Made by a program: the position numbers and the translations under genes. This document shows positions 15,219 to 26,374 of a DNA stretch of 64,000 nt, one piece after another. Where the stretch lies: contig CM022672.1 in the NCBI GenBank assembly GCA_012295275.1, positions 26,660,001 through 26,724,000 of the forward strand, written 5' to 3'. Numbering within the stretch: position 1 is the first letter of the stretch; each line of letters opens with the position of its first letter. The notes below the pieces were generated by a model. That model searched no databases, was not told where the DNA came from, and saw only the letters and a list, made by a program, of their open reading frames with translations. The stretch comes from Chrysomallon squamiferum. Taxonomy: Eukaryota > Animalia > Mollusca.

Positions 15219-16923
15219 ATGCTGACAACAATCTTGGTGTTGTTTGCTGTATTACACAACATGTTTGTTGCGATAAGTGGAGGTATGTATTAACCATGTT
15301 TAAATTACATTTTTTTACGGTTTTGTATCCCAACACTTTCATTTACACTATAAGACTGTATAACTTTTCTGATATATAATTTTAAAATTTTTAAATTAAT
15401 TCTATATCATCTTTGTATAAGAATTTATTTTCTTAAATATAATTTATTCAGGTGTTCTTTTATACCCTTTCATGTATTTCATTTTCTGTGTGTGCTTCAT
15501 ATAGTGGACAAAAATTCTGAGTAAGCTTGAAACAATTAAAACATATTCTGTTATTGCAGAAGACGCTGAGGTCATCATCCTTGGTGCAGGTGTCGCTGGA
15601 CTGACCGCAGCGAAGACGTTATCTGAAAACAACGTCACCAACTTCATCATCCTGGAAGGCAGCGACCGAATTGGGGGTAGAATAAAGCATGAGCAAATGA
15701 ATTCTGACACTGTGGAGATGGGCAACAGTTACATCGTTCGAGAAAAAAGAAATCCAATATGGAATCTGGCCGAGAAGTATGGCTTGCGTGCTTTACTCAC
15801 GGACTATTCAAAATATGTACCTTTAGGTTGGAACGTAACAGAAGATGCTTGTGAAGATGCTTTTGAAAGATTGCAGTATCCAGAAATATATGCGTACAAT
15901 AAATTTGTAGACGTTATGTCTGGGAAAGCAAAAGACATGCCATTCTCTGTTGCACTTAAATTAGGAGGCTGGATTGCTTATACGGATATAGAAAAAACTG
16001 TAGAATCGTATGAAACCGAATTTACATTTTCTGAAAGAGCCGATTTGCTGTCTCTAAAGGCGTCTATGAATTTTCTTAATAACTCTGATTCTGGCGACGA
16101 TTTCATAGTTAGCGACCAGAAAGGCTTTTCTCACATATTTGATGACATGAAAAACGAATTTTTGAAAGTTAATGATAATCGCCTGAGACTGAATGAGATT
16201 GTTACTAAAATAAAGTACAGCAACTCGGGAGTAACCATAATTACGAACGCAAACAAAGTGTACAATGCAAAATACGCTATTATGACATTCGGAATTGGCG
16301 TTTTGCAAAATGGATTGGTCGAATTCGAACCTGAACTCCCACCATGGAAAAAAGAAAGTATCTTTCGAATTAATGTCGGCCATGTTGCAAACGTACATGT
16401 GATATGCTCAGCAGAAGCTAGAACATTTATGAAAAATGTGGAATATGCCTTATATATAAGCGAATCCTTTGGCTATTATCCTCTTTGGATTAATACGGCA
16501 AATTATAGGGTACATCCCAACACTAATAACATTATCAGCTGTAGGTTGACGGGTGAAGAAGCTCAAAGAGTTGAACGTTTAGAGATCTCTGAAGTAATAG
16601 ATGAATTAAATATGGTATTAAGTGATCTAAACGAGAACGAAGATATTGTTGATCCTGTAGATGTCCTTGTTTCAGACTGGTCTAAAAATCCTCTCTTCAT
16701 GGGATCTGTAACGAATTTGCCTGTTGGTTACTCGCAGGATTTTATGAATGCTTTGAAGGCGCCAACGGAACGACTGTACTATGCAGGCGATGGCTACAAC
16801 GAGGTCTACAACGGATTCATGCAGGGAGCCTACTACTCGGGACGTGAGCAAGCTGAGGCAGTGCTGAAATGTCGACATGGACTGTGCATCAAATATGAAC
16901 CTCCAGAATCTTCAAAGTGCTAA
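15219..16923 (+). CDS. Secreted flavin amine oxidase / polyamine oxidase-like, copy 1 (exons 15219-15282, 15560-16923; 475 aa)
   Basis: Signal-peptide exon MLTTILVLFAVLHNMFVAISG|GT, phase-1 intron, then EDAEVIILGAGVAGL (GxGxxG), LEGSDRIGGRI (GG motif), LNEIVTKIKYS, FEPELPPWK, SDWSKNPLFMGS and LYYAGDG..GFMQGAYYSG, all Amino_oxidase family motifs. Spliced length is 1428 nt, in frame. Confidence 0.9.
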
Positions 16924-16998
16924 TAAATGCAGGTACCTTCTACTTTTCCTAAGTATCATAGTATTTGTTCCAAGCTTAATATTCAAAAATAAAACAAA

Positions 16999-17130
<132 letters not shown>

Positions 17131-17456
17131 TTACACAAATTACTTTTTTTTTCTAGATTCTTTAGGTAGTTATTTTATTTAACAAAAGAACAAGCCAGAC
17201 TAATTGACTAATCAGACTAATTGACTCTTTCTTGTGTTCTGCGTGCTTTCCTGTATGCGTATAGATTAAATGAGTTATAATAACATGACATCATTTATAT
17301 ATTCGTGCTTTTCCAGGCTTCATCAATTCTTTGTCAGTCATGGATTCACGGAAATAAAAACTTGTGAGCTGCTTTTTTTTCTATTTATTATAGTACTTGA
17401 CTCGATAAATGAATAAAACAAATATTATATTAAATGTTTTTATAGTTTTTTGTTTG

Positions 17457-17527
<71 letters not shown>

Positions 17528-17952
17528 ATGTTACTAAAGTTAATAATATTTCAAAATGAAAATTTAAAAACAAACAAAAAGGAGTAAAGAAAAAAATGAA
17601 AAGATAGTAATTGAAAAAGAAATTCATGTTATTTCATCACTGCTGTAGAACATGTTATGAATGATTTCATACAAATGTCAAAATAAATTCATGATTATTA
17701 TTCGAAAAAAAGAAATATTTGACTGACAAAAGTTATTTGTTACTGCTCAAGTAGATGTTTTATTTCCAGTATTGCTTTTTTACTGTGCGAGTATATTTTT
17801 ATATGCACCCGAATTTTATATACATGTATGAATATTATTATTAATAAACGTAATGCATGCATAGAAGGGAATCGTTGACAAAAATTAGTATCTCTAGCGG
17901 AAAACCCGCGATATCCAGACAAAAGTCCGTCTCACCTATTCTCCGCCAGACG

Positions 17953-18648
17953 ATACTTTGGCTATGTCCTATACTTGAGTCTTAGGGGCATACTTTGGCT
18001 ATGTCCTATACTTGAGTCTTAGGTGCATACTTTGGCTATGTCCTATACTCGAGTCTTAGGTGCATACTTTGGCTATGTCCTATACTCGAGTCTTAGGTGC
18101 AGACTTTGGCTATGTCCTATACTCGAGTCTTAGGTGCAGACTTTGGCTATGTCCTATACTTGAGTCTTAGGTGCAGGCTTTGGCTACGTCCTATACTTGA
18201 GTCTTAGGGACATGCTTTGGCTATGTCCTATACTCGAGTCTTAGGGGCATACTTTGGCTATGTCCTATACTCGAGTCTTAGGGGCATACTTTGGCTATGT
18301 CCTATACTTGAGTCTTAGGGGCATACTTTGGCTATGTCCTATACTTGAGTCTTAGGTGCAGACTTTGGCTACGTCCTATACTTGTTTCTTAGGTGCAGAC
18401 TTTGGCTACGTCCTATACTTGAGTCTTAGGTGCAGACTTTGGCTATGTCCTATACTCGAGTCTTAGGTGCAGACTTTGGCTACGTCCTATACTTGTTTCT
18501 TAGGTGCAGACTTTGGCTACGTCCTATACTTGAGTCTTAGGGGCAGACTTTGGCTATGTCCTACACTTGAGTCTTAGGGGCATGCTTTGGCTATGTCCTA
18601 TACTTGAGTCTTAGGGGCATACTTTGGCTATGTCCTATACTTGAGTCT
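17953..18648. repeat. 37-bp minisatellite, ~19 units (ATACTTTGGCTATGTCCTATACTTGAGTCTTAGGGGC)
   Basis: Unit starts at 17953, 17990 and 18027 give period 37. Units are contiguous, with no spacers. Confidence 0.95.
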
Positions 18649-19054
18649 ACAAACAAGGAACTGACCCGGGATCACCAAACCTCTTCAGCAAAGGCTACAT
18701 CAGCATAGACAGCGCTGACGACGTCTTATTTCTGTTTACGAATCTGAACTCAGTACATGTTCATGCAGAACATGGCTGTCTGTTATTGTTTGTTACATAT
18801 ATTATTATGACAGCTGTCTCTTCTTTTCATAAGCCAGTTATCGGAAAGAATAGCAAATGAAAAAAGCCTTATTTTAAGACATTTTCATTTATTATTAATT
18901 ATTATCGGGCAGAAAACCAAAATATAAAATATATTTTTGAAAAAAAAAAATATATATATATATTATTTTAATATAATTATTACTCCATAGCTGGCAAACT
19001 TAGAAAACAGACGATTTAATTCTTTCACGGGAAACTAGATAAATTAAATAACTA

Positions 19055-19099
<45 letters not shown>

Positions 19100-19286
19100 T
19101 GTTATGTTTTAACATTAAAACATAAAGTTCATTTAATTTCCAAATAATTTATTTCGTTTCAAAAATTGCTACAAACAAAACTGACGCATGCTCCCGGTGG
19201 CTTTTTATAATACTCCCCCTTCTTCCGGTTCCCTTAAACATTGTAAACTGTAACAATGTTAACTATAACACCATTTAAATACAACA
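19100..19286 (-). repeat. 3' LTR (187 bp)
   Basis: TGTTATG...TACAACA. Identical to 23793-23979 except T19242 versus C23935. Confidence 0.95.
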
Positions 19287-19299
19287 TTTCCTCCCCTCC
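19287..19299 (-). other. Polypurine tract
   Basis: Minus strand GGAGGGGAGGAAA directly abuts the 3' LTR. Confidence 0.85.
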
Positions 19300-19591
19300 A
19301 AATTTTCAATTTACCCATAAATTATGTTATATGTAAATTTCTAAAATAAATTTGTTTGATTTACTAATTAGTAATAATTAAACAATGGAACTTTAAACTT
19401 AAAAAATAAACTTTTTTCTTTTTCTTTTTTCTTTTTTTTTTTTTTCATTGGACACCATAATAGTTCAATTACAGTTTATCAAGTATGTTCATTGGTCACA
19501 TATGGAACTTCAAATCACAAATATTATTCTTAAAACAAAAATATATAATAAAAAATGAATTCCGTATTACACATATTCAGATTAAATCACT

Positions 19592-22500
19592 TTAAATAGT
19601 TTCTATCAGTCTTTGAGGTGTTTTTCGTGCACGTCTAGGGTATCTTGGGGTAGACGGTATTGGTAGTTGCGGTACATCGTCAACAGTATCGTCGATGGCA
19701 TTAGAAGCATCCTCTACGGCATTAGAAGTAACCGTTCTATTTTCGATCTCAGTCTCTTCCACCTGAACAGTTGGTTCAACAAATTCCATTTCAGACTCCG
19801 TACCAATTGCAGAGAGTTCTGGGAACGGGTTCCTATTATCCTCCAAATGCACACATTTACGAAGTTGATCCACATGTCTTTTACACACACAATCTCCAAT
19901 TTTCACTCTATAGGTAACAGGCCCTAGCTGACACAGTACTTTTCCACTCAACCACTTGTCAGATCCTCTGTAGTTCCTCACTTGTACTGAATCTCCAACA
20001 TTGAACACCCGTGTTTTACTTGCTTTTGGAATAGTTCTTTTTTTAACAGAGTTCTCCAAACTTGGACGCAAAATATCCAATCTCGTTCGAACACGTCTGC
20101 CAAGAAACAATTCTGATGGAGTACATTTTGTAGTACAGTGTGGAGTGTTCCGATACGCAAACAAGAATGATGAAATCTTCTGGTTCATGGTTCGTGACTC
20201 ATGTTCAACTGTTTTCATTGCAGTTTTGAAAGTACGAACAGCTCTTTCCACCTCACCATTTGAACTTGGATGGTATGGAGCTGATTTGATGTGTTTCACT
20301 CCATTTTTCTTAAGAAATGTTTCAAATTCCTCTGCAACAAACTGAGGTCCATTATCAGAAATCAACTGCTCTGGCATTCCATAACTTGCAAAGAGATTTC
20401 TCAATGTCTCTACTGCATGCGTCGCTCTGGTACTGGGCATTCGAAAAACTTCCATCCATTTAGAATGTGCATCCACCACAATCATGAACATTTCTTTCAT
20501 AAATGGCCAAGCAAAATCAACATGTATTCTTTGCCATGGTTTGGTAGGCCAAATCCATGCATTAGCTGTACCTTTTGGCATGACTGTTTGTTGTAGTTGG
20601 CAACACTTACACTTGCTAACTTTCTTTTCTATGTCAATATCCATATGAGGCCACCACACATGCAATCTAGCCAAAGATTTCATTCGCACAATTCCAGGAT
20701 GATTTTCATGAAGATAATACAGAATATCTGTTCGATATTTATCGGGAATAATCACTCGCATTCCTCTGAGAAGACAGTTTTCCTCCACGGTTAATTCATC
20801 TTTCACTCTGAAATAAGGTAACAGCTCCGGTGAAATAGAAGACTCTTCTGGCCATCCATACATGTTATGATGTACAACCCGAGATAATACTTTGTCAACT
20901 GCAGTTGCTTTAGCAATATGTCTTGCAGTGATAGGTAATCCATTGACTTGATTTCTCATTGCTTGCTTGTCTTCATGCCAAAACACACTTTCAGATATTT
21001 CTTCAGTTTGCAGAAGTGGTAGTCGGGACAGTGCATCAGCATTTCCATTTTTGGTAGTTTTTCTGTATTTAATGTCAAACTGATATGCGGCTAACTGAAT
21101 AGCCCAACGCTGTAGTCGAGAGGCTGTCAGAACTGGAATACTCTTTTTAGGTCCAAGAATCATTGTCAGTGGTTTATGATCTGTGAACAAAGTAAATCTT
21201 CTACCATACAGGTACTGATAAAACTTGTGTATTCCAAAAATTATTGCCAGTGCTTCTTTCTCAATTTGGGAATACTTGCGTTCTGCTGATGTCAGAGTTC
21301 TAGAAGCGTATGCTATTGGCCTATCTGATCCTTCATTTCCATGTGATATTACCGCTCCAAGACCATGCGCAGATGCATCTACTGCCAACATTATTGGTTT
21401 CATTGGGTCATAGTGGACAAGAATTTTAGATGATGCTAACAGTTTTCCCACTTTGGAAAATGCTTGCTGACAATCATCACTCCATTTCCACTCTGTATCT
21501 TTGGTTAACAACGCTGTTAGCGGTGCCACCACTGTTGACATGTTGGGTACAAACTTGCGATAGTAATTCACAATACCTAACCAAGATTGCAACTCACTCT
21601 TGTTCTTAGGTTCAGGCACTTTCAGAATAGCTTCAACTTTTCTTTCAGAAGGTTGAATCCCATTTTTGTTCACAATAAATGCAAAGTACTCAACTTCATC
21701 TTTCATCAATGCACATTTTGACCTTTTCAGTTGAATTCCATATTTTTCTAGGCGTTTCATAGTCTTTTTCAAATGTTTCAAGTGTTCGGTGTCATCCTTT
21801 CCAGTGACTATGATGTCATCCAAAATGTAACCTACCCCTTTAAGCCCTTGAAGCACTTTGTCCATAGTTTGTTGAAAAATAGCAGGTGCTGCAGCAACTC
21901 CAAATGGCAACCTTGTATAGCGATAAAGCCCAAGGTGAGTATTGATTGTGACATAGTTCCTCGACTTTTCATCAAGCAACACTTGCTGGTATGCATGTGA
22001 CAAATCCAGTTTGGAGAACTTTTGTCCTCCATTGAGTTTGCTGAAAATGTCTTCTGCAGTGGGCAAAGGGTACTCAGGCACTTCCAACACAGGATTTATG
22101 GTAACCTTGTAATCGCCACAAATGCGAATGGTATTGTCAGGTTTTAAAACAGGTACAATAGGAGAAGCCCATTCAGAAAAATCTACCTTTTCTAGAATTC
22201 CTTCTGCTTCAAGTCTGTGAAGTTCATCAGCTATCTTTTCCTTCAAAGCATAAGGTACTGGTCTAGCCTTGAAAAACTTTGGAGTAGCATCCTCTTTCAC
22301 TTTCAGATGAGCTCTTATGCCTTTTACTGTTCCCAACTTATTTGAAAAAACTGAGTATCTACTGAACAAATCTTCAGAGTTTCCACAGGCTTTCATAATC
22401 TTAATACTGTTCCAGTCCAACTGAATGTTTTGGAACCAATTCCGTCCAAACAAAGTTGGTCCATTTCCTTTCACCACAATTAAAGGTAAAAGTTTTTTCT

Positions 22501-22774
22501 GCTTTCCATATTTAACAGTCACCTCAATTTTCCCAAGAACTGGCACCACTTCATCAGTATAAGTTTTCAACACAATCGATGTTGATTTCAATGGCACTGT
22601 TTTCTTCAATTTTTCCTGATAAACCTTATTAGAAATTATGGATACAGAAGCACCTGTATCTACTTCCATTTTGAAAGGCACACCATTGAGTTCCAATGAA
22701 ATTTGAATTTCTTTCGCTTTCGTAGATTTCACTGTGAAAATTGACGGTTCAGAATCACTTTCATTCCTTTCCAT
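19592..22774 (-). CDS. pol: Gypsy Pol polyprotein (aspartic protease, RT, RNase H, integrase), 1060 aa
   Basis: VDTGAS protease; LPFG and YILDD in RT; VDASAHGLG, EKEALA, TDHKPL and NADALSR in RNase H; HENH..CKCC zinc finger, HVDF, SDNG and NGEVER in integrase. Confidence 0.95.
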   Translation of the reverse strand: MERNESDSEPSIFTVKSTKAKEIQISLELNGVPFKMEVDTGASVSIISNKVYQEKLKKTVPLKSTSIVLKTYTDEVVPVLGKIEVTVKYGKQKKLLPLIVVKGNGPTLFGRNWFQNIQLDWNSIKIMKACGNSEDLFSRYSVFSNKLGTVKGIRAHLKVKEDATPKFFKARPVPYALKEKIADELHRLEAEGILEKVDFSEWASPIVPVLKPDNTIRICGDYKVTINPVLEVPEYPLPTAEDIFSKLNGGQKFSKLDLSHAYQQVLLDEKSRNYVTINTHLGLYRYTRLPFGVAAAPAIFQQTMDKVLQGLKGVGYILDDIIVTGKDDTEHLKHLKKTMKRLEKYGIQLKRSKCALMKDEVEYFAFIVNKNGIQPSERKVEAILKVPEPKNKSELQSWLGIVNYYRKFVPNMSTVVAPLTALLTKDTEWKWSDDCQQAFSKVGKLLASSKILVHYDPMKPIMLAVDASAHGLGAVISHGNEGSDRPIAYASRTLTSAERKYSQIEKEALAIIFGIHKFYQYLYGRRFTLFTDHKPLTMILGPKKSIPVLTASRLQRWAIQLAAYQFDIKYRKTTKNGNADALSRLPLLQTEEISESVFWHEDKQAMRNQVNGLPITARHIAKATAVDKVLSRVVHHNMYGWPEESSISPELLPYFRVKDELTVEENCLLRGMRVIIPDKYRTDILYYLHENHPGIVRMKSLARLHVWWPHMDIDIEKKVSKCKCCQLQQTVMPKGTANAWIWPTKPWQRIHVDFAWPFMKEMFMIVVDAHSKWMEVFRMPSTRATHAVETLRNLFASYGMPEQLISDNGPQFVAEEFETFLKKNGVKHIKSAPYHPSSNGEVERAVRTFKTAMKTVEHESRTMNQKISSFLFAYRNTPHCTTKCTPSELFLGRRVRTRLDILRPSLENSVKKRTIPKASKTRVFNVGDSVQVRNYRGSDKWLSGKVLCQLGPVTYRVKIGDCVCKRHVDQLRKCVHLEDNRNPFPELSAIGTESEMEFVEPTVQVEETEIENRTVTSNAVEDASNAIDDTVDDVPQLPIPSTPRYPRRARKTPQRLIETI

Positions 22775-22961
22775 TGCAACCTCTTTATTTTCAAGAACAG
22801 CTTTTATAATTTCTGATTCAGTTTCGTTACTTCCAGATTCTTACTGAACGTCATGAATTTTTAAACCTGTTTCAGATTCAGCATTTTCAATTTAAGAATC
22901 ACTGGGACCACTTTCTGATTCCGTAAGGTCCCTATCAGAATCTTGATTCACAACATTCAGT

Positions 22962-23729
22962 TTAGAATTTTTCTTTTTCAACTTTGGAAATTTCTTTTTT
23001 CCTTTTTCCAGCAGTTTGCTTTCCTGTCTTTCTATTTTTTTTCTTTTGATTTCGACATTTTCTACTCAAATGTCCTGTTTCATTACACGTATAACAGTTT
23101 GCCTTTTTGTAAAAACATGCATCAGGATGATGATTAGTTTTACCGCACCGGAAGCATTCAATGACAGAAACTTTGTGGAACTTTTCCGTTTCTGACTTCA
23201 TTCCAATTTTCAGCATGTCAGTTTCTCTAGCTGCCATTTCCATACTAACAGCTATTTGCAATGCTTTACTCAGTGATAAGTCATGTTCAGAGAGAAGTTT
23301 TTTCTGTATAGACTTTTCAGACAGACCACAGACCAAAATGTCTCTTAATGCTTCAGTCAAAAATGCACCAAATTCACAATGTTCTGTCAATTTTCTTAAT
23401 TCAGCCAAAAATTCACTTACAGTCTCTCCGGGCTCTTGTTTCCGTTGATAGAATTTGAACCGTTCCGCAATCACCAAAGGTTTTGGTTTGAGATGATTTC
23501 CTATCAAAGTTTTCAATTGTTCGTAAGTCTTATTTGCCGGTTTCTCAGGTGAAGTCAGATTTCGAATCAATCTGTAAGTCTTGGCACCACATACGGACAA
23601 CAAAATGGAACGTTTCTTTTCGGCATCGTCTACATCATTCGCCAGCAGATACTGTTCAAAACGTTCGATGTATTCATCCCAATCGGAACTTTCTAGATCA
23701 AACTCTTCAACTTTACCGTAGGTAGCCAT
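22962..23729 (-). CDS. gag: Gypsy Gag with two CCHC zinc knuckles, 255 aa
   Basis: WDEYIERFEQY, AERFKFYQRKQEPGETV, CFRCGKTNHHPDAC and CYTCNETGHLSRKC. Starts just after the PBS. Confidence 0.92.
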   Translation of the reverse strand: MATYGKVEEFDLESSDWDEYIERFEQYLLANDVDDAEKKRSILLSVCGAKTYRLIRNLTSPEKPANKTYEQLKTLIGNHLKPKPLVIAERFKFYQRKQEPGETVSEFLAELRKLTEHCEFGAFLTEALRDILVCGLSEKSIQKKLLSEHDLSLSKALQIAVSMEMAARETDMLKIGMKSETEKFHKVSVIECFRCGKTNHHPDACFYKKANCYTCNETGHLSRKCRNQKKKNRKTGKQTAGKRKKEISKVEKEKF

Positions 23730-23772
23730 ATTTCATAAATAGTTAATCTCAGGAAACAGTTCAATAAGTGTT

Positions 23773-23790
23773 ATCCCATCCTCGTCGCCA
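23773..23790 (-). other. Primer-binding site complementary to the 3' end of tRNA-Ser(GCU)
   Basis: Minus strand TGGCGACGAGGATGGGAT, 2 nt from the 5' LTR. Its complement ATCCCATCCTCGTCG-CCA matches the metazoan tRNA-Ser(GCU) 3' end as I recall it. Confidence 0.85.
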
Positions 23791-23792
23791 AT

Positions 23793-23979
23793 TGTTATGT
23801 TTTAACATTAAAACATAAAGTTCATTTAATTTCCAAATAATTTATTTCGTTTCAAAAATTGCTACAAACAAAACTGACGCATGCTCCCGGTGGCTTTTTA
23901 TAATACTCCCCCTTCTTCCGGTTCCCTTAAACATCGTAAACTGTAACAATGTTAACTATAACACCATTTAAATACAACA
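23793..23979 (-). repeat. 5' LTR (187 bp)
   Basis: Direct repeat of 19100-19286, adjacent to the PBS. Confidence 0.95.
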
Positions 23980-25870
23980 ATAACAACAGTAACAACAACA
24001 ATTTTAGTGATAAAAGAAAGAAGAAAAAAAAAACAAGAAAAAGATGTTCATCTTTATTTTAAGAAAAATATACTTCATAATAATAAACTTTTTAGCTTTC
24101 CAACACTCAATATATGTTTTAATAATTTACAATGAATAATAATAAAGGATGAAAGTTTTGAATTAAGCATTTACTAACTTAAAGATTTAGTTTAATAATT
24201 TTGCATCTAGCAAGACTATTTTCAATTATTAAATTATACGCCTGCTAAGTTTTTAAGTTTGTCCTCAGGAGAATGATAATAATAAGTTAAGAATGATTAA
24301 ATATCTTCTTTCAGTTACTATGACCAATAATATCATCTTAATCTTTCGATGTAGTTGCATTTCTAATTCTTATATAGAGGTTTTATTCTGATGACTTGTA
24401 AAGCTCAAGGGATTAATTATGTTGATCTCGTTGGTGGGTGTGGATATAATTTTTTTTAGCGATATGTGTCTTTGTTCTTTGTACGTTTTTGACCTAGAAG
24501 TTGACAGTAATATAAATTGTAAATATTATCAAATGAGATAACCTTATCCGTTTAAGGGAAGGTGAAAAAAAACCTGTTCTTGTTGCTAAATTTAACAGCA
24601 ACCCTTTATGTGAAGGCAGAAATCAGTCTCTCTCTTTCTTTGGTTCTATCACACACACATATATATACATATAAACACAACAACAACAACAAAAGCATTT
24701 CAAAACCAAATTTGCATTAACACATTCAAATAAATAACATTTACTTTTCTTTTCTTGTTCTTTAAAAAAAAAAGTAAATTTTTTTTTTAATCACTCAAAA
24801 TAAAGGATTTCAGACGAAAATTGATCTGTCACAGGATCCAGAAATAGAGTCCTTGAAACTCAGAATTTCTAAAAAATCTATCTATCTATCTATGTATCCA
24901 TCTATCTGTCACTCCATCTATCTCTATATTTGTATCTATCTATGTTTCTATCTATGTATCCATAAGTCATGGACTAATTGTAAGTGTATCTGATTAGGAC
25001 TGAAAAAAGAAATGAGTTAATAACTTTGATCAAGAAAATCTTAAATATATTTACATTTTTCTGTTTTTGTTGTTGTTGTTGTTGTTTTTATTTATTTATT
25101 TATTTTTTATTTATTGAGTTACATATTTATATTTTATTTTATTATTTTTTCTTCAGAAACTAAACATATAATTTATTTTCAATAAAATCAAGTTTAATTA
25201 TCAGAAGACCAATTTATTCATTTTCGTGAAAAATTTAAGGAAACCTTAGCAGAATCTTTAACAGTGTAAAGTGTAAACATGTACAAATTATTTCTGTTCG
25301 GTAAATTAACGTGATCTGAACAAATTTACGAAGGCATTTCGTCAATATTATGTTCGTAGGACGGGTGAAAATAATACTATTTTATTAATTATTATAATTT
25401 TTATTTATTTATTTATTTATTTATTAGCTTTTAGTGGTACTGACTGTTGTTGAGTTTTGTTTAATGGAATCCAAAAATATTTAACAAGATCACAGCTTCG
25501 CAGGTTTTGTGTAAGGTATCCCAGAATGCAGTACGACACGGCCATTTTGCTTCCCCAGTTCGTAGCGATTAAGGTAGCAAATTCATTTTCCATTTTCTCT
25601 AGAACTTCATAAATTTATATTTTACATTAATAACTGGACAGTTAGGAAAACTATACATGTAATACAGTTTATTATTGGTAATTCAATATAATAATGTAAT
25701 ATTATCTAATGAAATCTATCTTCACTGTCGGTGATGAAAAATGATGGATATACGTTTAGAATTATATGGATCTGAAATAAATAAATAAAACAATAAAAAA
25801 TAAAATAAATAAATTGATTAATAAAAATAATAAAATAAACAAAAATTCAAACCAAGACTGATAGGGCTGT

Positions 25871-25975
<105 letters not shown>

Positions 25976-26315
25976 TTTTTTTTTTTTTTTTTTTTTTCTC
26001 CTGACAACAAACTTGAAGGTTATGAAGATTTATAATTTAACACACACACTGATGGTTATATTCACCTTAGAGAAACGAAATAACAGATGTTTGCAAGTAT
26101 ATAAAATAATAAGTTGCGATGCAATGTGATCGTGTATGGCTCTGTCTAAGTACAGCATTAAAATAAATGTGACATTTATTGGATCCATTAAATGGTATTT
26201 GAATGTACATTTGGTCTCTGGTTGCTTATAAATTCAGTGAATAGAATAAAACGTTACTTAGGTTTATCTGAAACAGGTATGTTGGCTTTTTCTTTGTCTA
26301 TCATCATCATCATCA

Positions 26316-26374
<59 letters not shown>

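Larger units (their letters stand above)
19100..23979 (-). mobile_element. Full-length Ty3/Gypsy LTR retrotransposon (Mag/K02A2.6-like), 4880 bp
   Basis: 187-bp LTRs with TG..CA ends (19100-19286, 23793-23979) and one mismatch. 5-bp TSD ATAAC (19095-19099, 23980-23984). PBS and PPT present, gag plus pol in PR-RT-RH-IN order. Absent from the paralogous site at ~30206. Confidence 0.97.

Noticed and set aside
17953-18648. CRISPR array (37-bp, partly palindromic repeat)
   Set aside because: Units are head-to-tail with no unique spacers, there are no cas genes, and the context is eukaryotic. It is a minisatellite.
19300-19591. env-like third ORF
   Set aside because: Only ~290 nt of AT-rich non-coding sequence lies between the pol stop and the PPT.
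19667-23725. Small + strand ORFs inside the retrotransposon, and antisense ORFs over the oxidase and GAPVD1 exons
   Set aside because: Shadow frames of real coding sequence with no independent motifs.
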